Source: a virus. From it: a stretch of 64,000 nucleotides of DNA. A program made the translations under genes and the position numbers. Location of the stretch: positions 55,869-119,868 of IMG/VR virus record IMGVR_UViG_3300030110_003594, one strand, 5' to 3'. Below are positions 47,727 to 57,631 of the stretch, in pieces (positions within the stretch are counted from its first letter, which is position 1; every line of letters starts with the position of its first letter). The notes beneath the pieces were generated by a model. That model was not told the DNA's origin and did no database searches. It saw only the letters and a program-made list of their open reading frames with translations.

Positions 47727-48109
47727 GTAAACAAAATTTATTCTCTAATCTTACAAAAAAAGAAGGTAAACTTGTGTATAATATAAAAGCACAAGAAACT
47801 ATATATAATAAATTTGTAGAAGATTTACCTGAAGGAACAAAAGTAGAAATATTTGTTAGTGTATCTGGTGATAACGGAACCTCTGCACAAATTGCAAAGA
47901 TTCATGTTATGATCAGACAACTAGCAAATGAAATTGGATATACTTTTGGTGAAATGAAGCTACAAATAAAAAGAAGAGCAGGACTCTGTTTTAATAATAA
48001 TGGATCAGAATACTGTAAATCTTTTGGTGATTGTAGTAAAGATGAATTAAGTTCAGTAATACAAGAAATATTAGAGTTAGGAGATAACTTTGGATCTAAT
48101 CTTCGTTAG
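47723..48109 (+). CDS. NinB/Orf-like recombination accessory protein
   Basis: TSAQIAKIHVMIRQLANEIGYT...KSFGDCSKDELS pattern. Confidence 0.5.
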   Translation: MSKQNLFSNLTKKEGKLVYNIKAQETIYNKFVEDLPEGTKVEIFVSVSGDNGTSAQIAKIHVMIRQLANEIGYTFGEMKLQIKRRAGLCFNNNGSEYCKSFGDCSKDELSSVIQEILELGDNFGSNLR

Positions 48110-48578
48110 TTTTTGTTAACTTTATTTCTCCTCCTGTAGGATCTATAATTCCTTTAAAATCTTCAGGTTTTTTACCTGTTTTATCTGCTGCAGCTTGAAC
48201 AATTTTTGAAATTTTATCATTAAGTGGTTCATCTGTTATGATCATTTTACCTTGTTGAGCAGCTTGTCTATTTATTTCTGTCATTAAAGTCATTAAGCAC
48301 CATACTGTATTCATATAACCATCATATGGTGCATCTTTTTTAACATTTTTAAAATTAGATTGAATGTGTTGCATAACTTGAACAGTTTCTTCATCTGTCT
48401 TTAAAGTAAATATATAATTTAAAGCTTCACCAATATATTCTCTAAAAGCTCCAAGTATAGGTAGATTTATAATTGCATCTGTATCAATTTTTACTATTTT
48501 ATTATCTTTAATAGCATCTTGATACTTATTGTAATTATCTAATTCTTTCTGTTGTTTTTTTGTTAATTTTTTTGCCAT
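48096..48578 (-). CDS. Hypothetical protein, counter-strand gene in the early block
   Basis: 160 aa with normal codon usage. A promoter box lies upstream. Confidence 0.7.
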   Translation of the reverse strand: MAKKLTKKQQKELDNYNKYQDAIKDNKIVKIDTDAIINLPILGAFREYIGEALNYIFTLKTDEETVQVMQHIQSNFKNVKKDAPYDGYMNTVWCLMTLMTEINRQAAQQGKMIITDEPLNDKISKIVQAAADKTGKKPEDFKGIIDPTGGEIKLTKTNED

Positions 48579-48693
48579 GATTTTTAAATTTTAATAGTTC
48601 AGGTGAAATACTCACCTTTAATTTTTTTATTGAAGGTTCTTCAAATATTTTATATATATCAGCAAATTGATAAGTATAATTAATTCTTGTCAT
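48535..48693 (-). CDS. Possible 52-aa ORF (MTRINYTYQF...)
   Basis: ATG just after a TATATTTG box. Overlaps the next gene. Confidence 0.3.
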   Translation of the reverse strand: MTRINYTYQFADIYKIFEEPSIKKLKVSISPELLKFKNHGKKINKKTTERIR

Positions 48694-48697
48694 AATG

Positions 48698-48771
48698 CAA
48701 ATATATAAAAAATATTCATACAAATAAAATAAGAAAATATTTTTATTTTATATACCAATTTGTTATCTTTG
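48698..48771. promoter_or_regulatory. Divergent Bacteroidota promoters
   Basis: TATATTTG on the minus strand (48698-48705) and TATCTTTG on the plus strand (48764-48771). Confidence 0.65.
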
Positions 48772-48794
48772 TAAACCTTTAAAAAACCAATAAA

Positions 48795-49304
48795 ATGATA
48801 GATGATATACAGTCTTTTATAGACACATTTGAAAAAAAATATGATAAAAAATTACAAATATTTGTAATAAATAATGATGATAAGTTTAATATTCCTGATG
48901 AGAATACAATACAAATATTAGAAAAAATTGTAATTGATACAATGCATGAAAATAATCCTGAATTATCATATATAAAATCTTTTGAAAATATAAAAACAAG
49001 ATTAAGAAAAATTCTGCTATGGACATCAGTTTATTCATATTTAGCAGTAAAATTAGGTTATAGCAAATCATATGTTGCTAGATCTATGAATAGAAATCAT
49101 GCAACAGTTATACATAGAATAAAGGTTGTTGAAAATTTATTATCTGTAGGTGATAAAGAATTAAAAGAAGTTTATAATGCAGTAAAAAAATCAATAAAAG
49201 AATATGTGGGAATTATTTCAACAAATCCTGAAGGAAAAGATGACACCAGATCAATTCTTAGTGCTCTACGGGATAAAAAAGAGTCTATCATTACCGTTAG
49301 ATAA
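48795..49304 (+). CDS. DnaA domain IV-like HTH protein
   Basis: SYVARSMNRNHATVIHRIKVV resembles the DnaA RDHTTV signature. Confidence 0.7.
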   Translation: MIDDIQSFIDTFEKKYDKKLQIFVINNDDKFNIPDENTIQILEKIVIDTMHENNPELSYIKSFENIKTRLRKILLWTSVYSYLAVKLGYSKSYVARSMNRNHATVIHRIKVVENLLSVGDKELKEVYNAVKKSIKEYVGIISTNPEGKDDTRSILSALRDKKESIITVR

Positions 49305-49785
49305 TGTTAATAAACAAGTTGAACAACTTGTAAAAATAGGAATGCTTGAAGATGGAAAATTAACAACTAAAGGTAAAAGAGTTATAGTAAAATTTGAAAA
49401 TTATTTTATCAAAGCAAAGAAAAGAACAAATATCCAATTAATGGGTAAAAACTTTGTTAAAAGATTAAATGAATATAGAGAAGTATTTCCTGCAGGTAAA
49501 ATACCAAGTGGTAAACCTGCAAGAGTAAATATTAAAACATTAGAGAACTCATTTAGATGGTTCTTTGAAAATTATGACTTCAGTTGGGATGAAGTTATTG
49601 ATGCAACAAAAATGTATGTTAATGAATACAGAGATAAAGAATACATGTATATGAAAACAAGTCAATATTTTATAGCAAAAGAAGATAAAAATAAAGTTAA
49701 ATCCTCAGACTTAGCAGACTATTGTGATATGATAAGAGATGGTGTTGAACCAGAAGATAACCACTTTAAAGAAAAAGTTGTATGA
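49204..49785 (+). CDS. Putative replication initiator / helicase loader
   Basis: wHTH-like N-terminus. Directly upstream of DnaB. Confidence 0.45.
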   Translation: MWELFQQILKEKMTPDQFLVLYGIKKSLSLPLDNVNKQVEQLVKIGMLEDGKLTTKGKRVIVKFENYFIKAKKRTNIQLMGKNFVKRLNEYREVFPAGKIPSGKPARVNIKTLENSFRWFFENYDFSWDEVIDATKMYVNEYRDKEYMYMKTSQYFIAKEDKNKVKSSDLADYCDMIRDGVEPEDNHFKEKVV

Positions 49786-50729
49786 GTAAGGCGTGGAATG
49801 GACAATATCAATCCTTTAATGAAGCCCTTAAATATATGCTTGATAGGCAAAGTGGTAAAGAAAAATCAATACAAACTCCTTGGCCTAAATTTAATGATGC
49901 TGTAACAGATGGATTAGAGTGGAATACTCTTACTGTTATTGGTGGTAGACCTGGATCAGGTAAAACTTTAATTAAAGATCAAATAATAAGAGAATCTTTT
50001 GTACTAAATCCTGCAGAAGAATATAGAGTTTTAGAATTTCAATTTGAAATGGTGGGAAGAACCTCAGCATTAAGAGAATTTAGTTCTATTACAGGTAAAA
50101 CATATAAAGAACTGTGTAGTGCAGGAACTGTATTAACTACAGAAACATTTAATAAATGTCATTTATATGCTAAAGATAGAGTTAAAAATCCTGTTGATAT
50201 TATAAGTACTCCAATGACTGTCAATCAAATGCGTGAGCAAATTGATATGTATATGGAAGAACATAAAGGTCAAAAAACTATTATAACTCTTGATCATAGT
50301 ATACTTGTTAAAAGAGCACCATATCAGAATAGCAGATTAGATATGTTATTTGAATTAGGTGAATTTTTTACACAATGTAAACGTGAATATCCTTGTATGT
50401 TTATATGTTTATCACAATTAAATAGAAATATAGATAATCCTGACAGAGCAGTGGATGGTAAGTATGGTAATTATGTATTAGAATCAGATATATTTGGTTC
50501 AGATGCAATGTTACAACATGCTGATACTTTAATTGGTATTAACCGGCCTGCTAAACAAAAGATTAGATTCTATGGACCTGATAGATATATAATACAAGAT
50601 GATAAAACATTAGTATTACATTTTCTTAAAGCAAGAAATGGTGATACAAGAATGAGTTTCTTTAAAGCTCAATTTGAAATGATGAAAATAATTGAGATGG
50701 ACACACCACCTCAGCAAGAAAGAAGATAA
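49782..50729 (+). CDS. dnaB: DnaB-like replicative helicase (C-terminal ATPase domain only)
   Basis: GGRPGSGKT, FEM, LSQLNR and KARNG. Confidence 0.9.
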   Translation: MSKAWNGQYQSFNEALKYMLDRQSGKEKSIQTPWPKFNDAVTDGLEWNTLTVIGGRPGSGKTLIKDQIIRESFVLNPAEEYRVLEFQFEMVGRTSALREFSSITGKTYKELCSAGTVLTTETFNKCHLYAKDRVKNPVDIISTPMTVNQMREQIDMYMEEHKGQKTIITLDHSILVKRAPYQNSRLDMLFELGEFFTQCKREYPCMFICLSQLNRNIDNPDRAVDGKYGNYVLESDIFGSDAMLQHADTLIGINRPAKQKIRFYGPDRYIIQDDKTLVLHFLKARNGDTRMSFFKAQFEMMKIIEMDTPPQQERR

Positions 50730-50731
50730 TT

Positions 50732-51265
50732 ATGATAACTACTAAAATAAAATGTAATGTTATGACTCCAGCTGAACGTAAAGCAAAAGTAAAAGAACTT
50801 AGAGAGGAGCATGAAGAATATTTCCAAAGTGTTGGAAAAACTAATGCTCTATATATACCAAAAATGGCTTATAGACCAACCGGTAAGGATGATTTACATG
50901 TTTCTTTTTTTCCTAGTGAATTAGAGAAAGGTAAAGATATTTACACAGAGTTTGTAAGCATTAAATATGAATCAGAAGATCCTAAAAGAACTTTGTATTT
51001 AATTAAACATAATCCGCATTGGAAAGAGGAATATGAATTAATTACAAGTAGCTCAGGATTTGAAAGACATATTATTCCTGTATCTGAATTAAAGGTAATA
51101 AATGATGTAACAGATAGAAGTAAAGAAATTAAAATAGATGATTTTACTTCTGAAGAAAAAGATTTCTTTAAATTACCTAATCCAGAAACAGAAAGAGACA
51201 TGTTAGATGTGCTAAAAGGAATTGAGAGAGCACTATTAAGTATAAGTAATAAATTAAATAAATAA
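50732..51265 (+). CDS. Hypothetical protein
   Basis: 177-aa ORF in the replication operon. Confidence 0.65.
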   Translation: MITTKIKCNVMTPAERKAKVKELREEHEEYFQSVGKTNALYIPKMAYRPTGKDDLHVSFFPSELEKGKDIYTEFVSIKYESEDPKRTLYLIKHNPHWKEEYELITSSSGFERHIIPVSELKVINDVTDRSKEIKIDDFTSEEKDFFKLPNPETERDMLDVLKGIERALLSISNKLNK

Positions 51266-51267
51266 TT

Positions 51268-51948
51268 ATGGCACAAAGTGTTTTAGTAATTGCTGATTCA
51301 GGATCCGGCAAATCAACTTCAATGAGAAATTTAGATCCTAAAGAAACATTTATAATAAATATTGCAAATAAACCTTTACCATTTAAAGGTTGGAAGAAAA
51401 ACTATACTAATATTTCAAAGGATAATCCTAAAGGAAATATGACATCAGCAGCTTCCGCTAATGGTATTATTAAAGCAATAAAACATGTAAATGATAAAAT
51501 GCCTCATATAACTAATTTAGTTATAGATGACTGGCAATATATGAGTTCATTTGAATATTTTGATAGAGCAAGTGAAAAAGGTTATGATAAATTTACTCAA
51601 ATTGCAGCTAACTTAGCGCAAGTTGCTAAGATGCCTAAAGATTTGAGAGATGATTTATTTGTATTCTTTTTAACTCACTCTGAAGAATCAACAGATGTAA
51701 ATGGCCATAGAAAAGTTAAAGCTAAAACTATTGGTAAAATGATAGATAATACTTTAACATTAGAGGGATTATTCTCTATAGTTCTATTTGGTAGAGTTAA
51801 AAAAATGGAAGATAGTTTAGAATATGGATTTGATACACAGAACAATGGTGAAAATACTTGTAAATCACCAATGGGAATGTTTGAAGAATCCTTTATAGAC
51901 AATGATCTACAGCTCGTAAAAGACTGTATTAAATCTTATGAAAATTAA
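51268..51948 (+). CDS. P-loop ATPase (Sak4/AAA_24-like recombination protein)
   Basis: ADSGSGKST, VIDD and CKSPMGMF. Confidence 0.8.
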   Translation: MAQSVLVIADSGSGKSTSMRNLDPKETFIINIANKPLPFKGWKKNYTNISKDNPKGNMTSAASANGIIKAIKHVNDKMPHITNLVIDDWQYMSSFEYFDRASEKGYDKFTQIAANLAQVAKMPKDLRDDLFVFFLTHSEESTDVNGHRKVKAKTIGKMIDNTLTLEGLFSIVLFGRVKKMEDSLEYGFDTQNNGENTCKSPMGMFEESFIDNDLQLVKDCIKSYEN

Positions 51949-51965
51949 TCAAAAATTATTTAGAA

Positions 51966-52667
51966 ATGAGTGAATTAAATTTAAAAAGTAAAGTTATGTT
52001 AAACACAAAAGACATGTCTGCAGGAAGTGGCAGACCAAAGCCAGTATTAGGACCAGGAAATCATGTAATTAAAATAAATTCTGTTACATTTGATAAAACT
52101 CCTTATGATTCAGAAGCATATAATATTATGTTACATGTAGAAACTGAACCAGTTAAAGGAGAATTTGAAGGTTTCTACAAAGATATGCAAGATCAATCTA
52201 AAGGTAGATATGAAGGTCAAGTAGGAAGAGTTAGAATGAGTCCATATCCTTATAAAGATGCTACATTGCCAAGCGGGCGTGAAGTAAATAGAGATCAAGA
52301 AGTTCTTAAATCAATGATATTCTTATCTGAGCAATTAAATAAAAGAGATGAGTTAGATTCAATTGAAGCTGACACAATAGAATCTTTTATGAATCAAGCA
52401 TCAAAAGTATTTTCAAATACTGATTTCTTTAATGCTTGTATAGGTTCAAGAGAATGGGAAAGTAAAGAAGGTTATACAAATGATGACCTTTACTTACCTA
52501 GAGTATCTAAAGATGGAGTTCCTGTTGAAACAATGAATGTAGAAAATTCTAGATTAATGAGTTTTGATAGAGCTACTCATGTTAGAGAATTAGTGAAGAA
52601 AGAAACACCAAAAGCTGACAATCAATTTGAGGGTCAAAATGGAAGTGGTTCTGACTTTGAACTGTAA
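51966..52667 (+). CDS. Putative ssDNA-binding protein
   Basis: PGNHVIKI start of an OB-like fold. Follows the Sak4-like gene. Acidic tail ending SDFEL. Confidence 0.6.
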   Translation: MSELNLKSKVMLNTKDMSAGSGRPKPVLGPGNHVIKINSVTFDKTPYDSEAYNIMLHVETEPVKGEFEGFYKDMQDQSKGRYEGQVGRVRMSPYPYKDATLPSGREVNRDQEVLKSMIFLSEQLNKRDELDSIEADTIESFMNQASKVFSNTDFFNACIGSREWESKEGYTNDDLYLPRVSKDGVPVETMNVENSRLMSFDRATHVRELVKKETPKADNQFEGQNGSGSDFEL

Positions 52668-52745
52668 TAATATAAACATGAAGGGGAGGATGAAAAGGTT
52701 TAATTGGCCTGCATAAACTTCCCCTTCCTCTGTTTATTTTTAATT

Positions 52746-53723
52746 ATGATAAGTACAAAGAATCTAGAACTTGATGAAAATAATGTTCCTAGTGCTTGGG
52801 TATTCCAATACTATTTAGATCTACCAGAAAGATTAACAGGACAGAATGTTAGAATACATTCTATTTTTAATCCGGGTGAGAGAACACCTAGTATGTGGAT
52901 ATTTGTGGATAATGGAACAAGAGAATATAAATATAAAGATTTTTCTACTGGAAACTACGGTAATAAAATAGATCTTGTAAAAGAGTTGTATAATATAGAC
53001 TTCTCAAAAGCAATATTTAAAATAATAAATGATTACAATAAGTTTACTTTAGAAGAGGGTAAGTATTCTATAGAAGTTAAAAATCATGCTAAGTATAAAG
53101 TAGATTATTGCCATCCACGTGAATGGAATAAACTTGATCAAGTATTTTGGTTAAAGTTTAATATTGGCAAAACTTTGCTTACTAAGTATAATATAAAACC
53201 TTTAGAATACTATAAAATGTCTAAAGAAGATGATGAGGGTCTTAAATCTATTAAGATTACACAACCTAAATTATATGGATATTTTGATAAAGATGATAAT
53301 ATTTATAAAATATATCAACCAAGTCAAAAAAAATATAAATTCATCAAAGTAAAAGCCCATTTACAGGGATTTGATCAGTTACAATATAATCAACCATATC
53401 TTATTATATGTTCATCATTAAAAGATGCAATGTGTTTAAAATCATTTGGATATAATGTTGAGGTTATTGCTCCTGACTCAGAAAATACTGTAATTAAACC
53501 ATATATTATTGAAAATCTTAAGTCTAAATATAAAAAAGTTATAACTTTGTTTGATAATGATGCAGCAGGGGTCAACGCAATATCTAAATATAAACAAATG
53601 TTTAATGTTGATGGTTGTCGTCTAACTTTAAGTAAAGACATATCAGATGCTGTAAGTAATTATGGCTTTGATAAAGTGCATCATAAATTAAAACAATTAT
53701 TAATTGAAACTTTAAGATCATGA
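52746..53723 (+). CDS. DNA primase (Toprim)
   Basis: ERTPSM...YKDFSTG (degenerate zinc-binding domain), SLKDAM, FDNDAAG and KDISD. Likely start MISTK. Confidence 0.8.
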   Translation: MISTKNLELDENNVPSAWVFQYYLDLPERLTGQNVRIHSIFNPGERTPSMWIFVDNGTREYKYKDFSTGNYGNKIDLVKELYNIDFSKAIFKIINDYNKFTLEEGKYSIEVKNHAKYKVDYCHPREWNKLDQVFWLKFNIGKTLLTKYNIKPLEYYKMSKEDDEGLKSIKITQPKLYGYFDKDDNIYKIYQPSQKKYKFIKVKAHLQGFDQLQYNQPYLIICSSLKDAMCLKSFGYNVEVIAPDSENTVIKPYIIENLKSKYKKVITLFDNDAAGVNAISKYKQMFNVDGCRLTLSKDISDAVSNYGFDKVHHKLKQLLIETLRS

Positions 53724-54148
53724 AATGGTGGATACCGGGTAATGTACCCTCAAGTAAAAATGGAAAAAGATGGACAGGTAAATATTTGATTTCAAGTAAG
53801 ACTGTAATGAAATATCGTAAGGATACTACTAAAGTCTACAAGAAGCTTGCTGCTTCTTTTAAAAAAGAATTAGCTAAACATGATTTACCTGTTATAATAT
53901 CTTTTAAATTTTTCAGAGGGAGTAGGCATAAGTTTGATTATATAAACCCTGCACAAACGGTGCAAGATGATATGGTAAAACATGGATGGATTGAAGATGA
54001 TAACATGACATTTATGATACCACATTTTGAACCTTATGAATATAATAAGGAAAAACCAGGTGTAGAAATTAAAATATTAAAAAATGGACAAATTAACAAT
54101 AAAACACAGACTAGAGCTAAGAAAACTAAAAGATCAAAACGTATCTAA
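53720..54148 (+). CDS. RusA-like Holliday junction resolvase
   Basis: VPSSKN, DYIN...VQDDM...WIEDDN. Confidence 0.75.
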   Translation: MKWWIPGNVPSSKNGKRWTGKYLISSKTVMKYRKDTTKVYKKLAASFKKELAKHDLPVIISFKFFRGSRHKFDYINPAQTVQDDMVKHGWIEDDNMTFMIPHFEPYEYNKEKPGVEIKILKNGQINNKTQTRAKKTKRSKRI

Positions 54149-54497
54149 AGTTGAAATATCTTATAGTGGTGGTGGTGATGATGGTTGTATAGATATTTAT
54201 GAAGCATGGACAGTAGATGTTTATGGAAAAGAAAAATATGATAAAGACATAGATCTTACATCTTTTTCTGATGCATTTGATGATTATATATATGAATTAT
54301 TATCTGATACTATTGAGTGGGATTGGGTAAATAATGAAGGTGGTTATGGTATGTTAGAAATTGATGTAGAAAATGGAAAAGCAACTATACATCATAATCA
54401 AAGAGTTATAGAAGAATTTCACTATCATCAAGAAAATCATGAAGCACTAAAAAATCTATCTAAAAACTTAAATCATGGCTCACCCATTACTGCATAG
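54084..54497 (+). CDS. DUF6878-like acidic protein
   Basis: YSGGGDDGCI and WDWVNNEGGYG. Family recalled from memory, not verified. Confidence 0.6.
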   Translation: MDKLTIKHRLELRKLKDQNVSKVEISYSGGGDDGCIDIYEAWTVDVYGKEKYDKDIDLTSFSDAFDDYIYELLSDTIEWDWVNNEGGYGMLEIDVENGKATIHHNQRVIEEFHYHQENHEALKNLSKNLNHGSPITA

Positions 54498-54822
54498 TAA
54501 ATCATCAGTTAGAAAATGGGGAGGTAAAGTTGAAGATTATAATCATATACATGAATGGTTTGATGAGAGTAAAGGTTGGTTAGCAACTATGATGCATAGA
54601 ATGTTTAGACATCACTCTGAAGGTATTTTTGAATGTGAAAAAAGATTTGGTAAAAGCTTTACTAACTCAGACGGTAAAACCGTCTATACAAGATATGTTG
54701 GTGAACAACATGTAAAGGAGGATTGTAATAATTACATACCTACTGCTAAAGAATGGATAGATATAATGTCTAGTAAAAAAATGCCTAAGTGGGCACTTAA
54801 AACAGCAAAAATAAATGATTAA
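54475..54822 (+). CDS. DUF6915-like His-rich protein
   Basis: MAHPLLHSKSSVRKWGG, IHEWFDESK, HRMFRHHSEG and EQHVKED. Confidence 0.7.
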   Translation: MAHPLLHSKSSVRKWGGKVEDYNHIHEWFDESKGWLATMMHRMFRHHSEGIFECEKRFGKSFTNSDGKTVYTRYVGEQHVKEDCNNYIPTAKEWIDIMSSKKMPKWALKTAKIND

Positions 54823-55213
54823 ATTAACATTAAAACTTTATTTAGATAATAAAAAATTATTAGCAGGATCAGAGGAGGACTTAGCAATAGGTGTTTCCAA
54901 TATAATGAATACAGATATTACTGATGTAGGAATAATAGCATTAGCTAAATCTTTAAATGGACGCAATAGATCTATGTTTTTACGTTTAGTAGCAGAACAT
55001 GAATTTGATAATCAAGAGGAAATGATTTCAAGATTAAACAAATTATCAGAAGATTGTAAGCCTTGGATGGAATTATTTAAGAATATTAAAAAGAAATCCA
55101 CTGAAATAGATAAAGAAATAATAGAATATGAAATATCTAATCTTTATTTTAATACTATTACTGAAGGTAAAAAAGGATTTATTAAAAAAATAAACTTAAA
55201 ATTAGCATGGTAA
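54815..55213 (+). CDS. Helical hypothetical protein
   Basis: 132 aa. N-terminal motif is shared with the two genes after the AAA ATPase. Confidence 0.6.
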   Translation: MIKLTLKLYLDNKKLLAGSEEDLAIGVSNIMNTDITDVGIIALAKSLNGRNRSMFLRLVAEHEFDNQEEMISRLNKLSEDCKPWMELFKNIKKKSTEIDKEIIEYEISNLYFNTITEGKKGFIKKINLKLAW

Positions 55214-56367
55214 CAGCAGATAACCTGGCAAAAGCAGGTAAAACATTAATATTAAAGGAGCCCTTCTACGGGCTCTTTTTAATTGGGTTAAATAAAACCT
55301 TTAGAAAAGATATACCTACAGCAGGTGTAAGTAAAAATGGTATAGGAGTACAATTATCAGTAAATCCTGAATTCTTTGATAATTTAAATGAGTTACATAG
55401 AATAGGATTACTTAAACATGAATTACTTCATATATCATTTGGACATTTAGTTCTTAGAGACAGGTTTTCAAATCATAAATTATTTAATATAGCAGCTGAT
55501 CTAGAAATTAATCAATACATATCAGATAGTTATCTTCCTGAAGGTGGTGTAACAATGGAAATGTTTAAAGATTTAAATCTAAATAAAAAAGCAGGTACTA
55601 TATATTATTATGAAAAACTTGAACAAGCTCAAAAAGATGGTAATTGCCCTTCTTTGGAGAGTTTACTCAGTCAAATGGATGGTGATAGTCAATATTGTCA
55701 TAAAACTTGGGAAGAGTTTGATAAATTAACTGAAGCAGATAAAAAACTTATTCAAAAGCAAGTTGAGCATCAGTTAAAAGAAACTGCAGAACAAACTGAA
55801 AAAAGACAAGGTAATGTTCCTGGGGAATTAGCAGAACTTATTAATAGACTTAGAAATATAGAACCTCCATCATTTGATTGGAAAGGTTATCTTAGAAGAT
55901 TTGTTGGGAATTCTAGTGTATCATATACTAAAAAGTTAAGACGTAAGTATAACAAAAGATATGTAGGAAACCCGGGTCTTAAAATAAAGTTTAAAAATAA
56001 TATTCTTGTTGGTGTTGACACAAGTGGATCAGTATCTAACAGTGAATTAAAAGAATTTATGAATGAGTTATGTCATATGCATAAAACTGGTCATAAAATT
56101 ACAGTTGCCCAATGTGACACTCAAATAAATTCTGTAGAAGAATTCAATCCAAAAAAGGATTGGGAGATCAAAGGTAGAGGTGGTACAGACTTTCAACCGG
56201 TTATAGATCTATTTAATAAAAAGAAAGGAGTTTATACAGCTCTTATATACTTAACAGATGGTGAAGCATATACTCCAGAAGACTGTCCAAAAAATACTCT
56301 TTGGGTACACAGTACAAGATGTGAGATAAATGAAGAATTACCAGGACTAAAAATTCAAATAAATTAA
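55207..56367 (+). CDS. HEXXH metallopeptidase-like + vWA protein (DUF2201-type)
   Basis: HELLH, NIAADLEIN, MIDAS VDTSGS, GRGGTDF and LTDG. Confidence 0.9.
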   Translation: MVTADNLAKAGKTLILKEPFYGLFLIGLNKTFRKDIPTAGVSKNGIGVQLSVNPEFFDNLNELHRIGLLKHELLHISFGHLVLRDRFSNHKLFNIAADLEINQYISDSYLPEGGVTMEMFKDLNLNKKAGTIYYYEKLEQAQKDGNCPSLESLLSQMDGDSQYCHKTWEEFDKLTEADKKLIQKQVEHQLKETAEQTEKRQGNVPGELAELINRLRNIEPPSFDWKGYLRRFVGNSSVSYTKKLRRKYNKRYVGNPGLKIKFKNNILVGVDTSGSVSNSELKEFMNELCHMHKTGHKITVAQCDTQINSVEEFNPKKDWEIKGRGGTDFQPVIDLFNKKKGVYTALIYLTDGEAYTPEDCPKNTLWVHSTRCEINEELPGLKIQIN

Positions 56368-56371
56368 AAAA

Positions 56372-57631
56372 ATGGCACAAGTAAATTTAAACATTGATGA
56401 AGTAAAAGATTTTACAAATCACATTATCAAAAATAATAGATTTTTACAAGAAGGTGGTAAAAATCCAGTAGCAGTAGAAATAGTTGGTGAATCAGGTATT
56501 GGTAAAACTTCTGCAGTAATTGACTTAGCTAAAGAAAACAAATTAAATTTTGTTAAGTTAAATTTAGCTCAGATAGAAGAATTAGGAGATTTAGTTGGAT
56601 TTCCTGTGAGACAATTTCAAATGTATAGAGAACAAAAAATCAAAAAGAAAATTGATGATTTAAACTATACAGCAGCACAAAAAGCAGCAGCATCAGCGCA
56701 GTTAAGCAATGTTACCACTAAAAAAGTGGGACAATGGGTTGATGAACTTGCAGTTGAGGAATATCTTAAGCAAGGTTGGAAGATGACCGGTAAGAATAGA
56801 ATGTCTTATTGTGCTCCAGAATGGATCTCAGATAAAAAAGATGGAGGTATCCTACTTCTTGATGACTGGAACCGTGCAGATATGAGATTTATTCAAGCGG
56901 TTATGGAATTAGTGGACAGACAACAATATATTTCTTGGAGTCTTCCAAAAGATTGGCATATAATTTTAACATCTAATCCAGATAATGGTGATTATATGGT
57001 TAATTCAATTGACTCAGCACAAAAAACTAGATATATTACAGCAAATCTAAAGTTTGATGTAAATGTTTGGGCACGTTGGGCAGAGGAAGCAGGAATAGAC
57101 ACTAGATGTATTAACTTCTTATTATTAAACCCGGAATTAGTAACACAGGAGACTAATGCAAGATCTATTACAGCATTCTTTAATGCTATATCTAGTTTTG
57201 AATCTTTTGAGGATAATTTAACTATGATCCAAATGATTGGTGAAGGTAGTGTGGGTGATGAATTTGCATCTATGTTCACTACATTTATTAATAATAAACT
57301 GGACAAACTGGTTACTCCAAAAGATTTATTAACTCATGATAATGAGCAATATATCCTTGGGGAACTTAAAGGTTGTATTGGTGAAGGTGATTCTTATAGA
57401 GCAGACATTGCATCAACATTAGCTACAAGATTAGCAAACTATGCCGTGGTCTACTCAAAAGAGAATACTGTAAATCAAAAAATTACTGATAGATTGATTG
57501 CACTGTGCACTAAAGATTATTTTACTAATGATCTTAAGTATTTAGTTGTACGTACAATCTTTAATGGTAACAAACAAAAGTTTAATAAAATGATGATGAA
57601 TCCGGACATCATTAAAATGACAATTAAATAA
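56372..57631 (+). CDS. MoxR-like AAA+ ATPase
   Basis: GESGIGKT, DLVGFP, LLLDDWNRA, TSNP and IDSAQKTR. Confidence 0.9.
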   Translation: MAQVNLNIDEVKDFTNHIIKNNRFLQEGGKNPVAVEIVGESGIGKTSAVIDLAKENKLNFVKLNLAQIEELGDLVGFPVRQFQMYREQKIKKKIDDLNYTAAQKAAASAQLSNVTTKKVGQWVDELAVEEYLKQGWKMTGKNRMSYCAPEWISDKKDGGILLLDDWNRADMRFIQAVMELVDRQQYISWSLPKDWHIILTSNPDNGDYMVNSIDSAQKTRYITANLKFDVNVWARWAEEAGIDTRCINFLLLNPELVTQETNARSITAFFNAISSFESFEDNLTMIQMIGEGSVGDEFASMFTTFINNKLDKLVTPKDLLTHDNEQYILGELKGCIGEGDSYRADIASTLATRLANYAVVYSKENTVNQKITDRLIALCTKDYFTNDLKYLVVRTIFNGNKQKFNKMMMNPDIIKMTIK

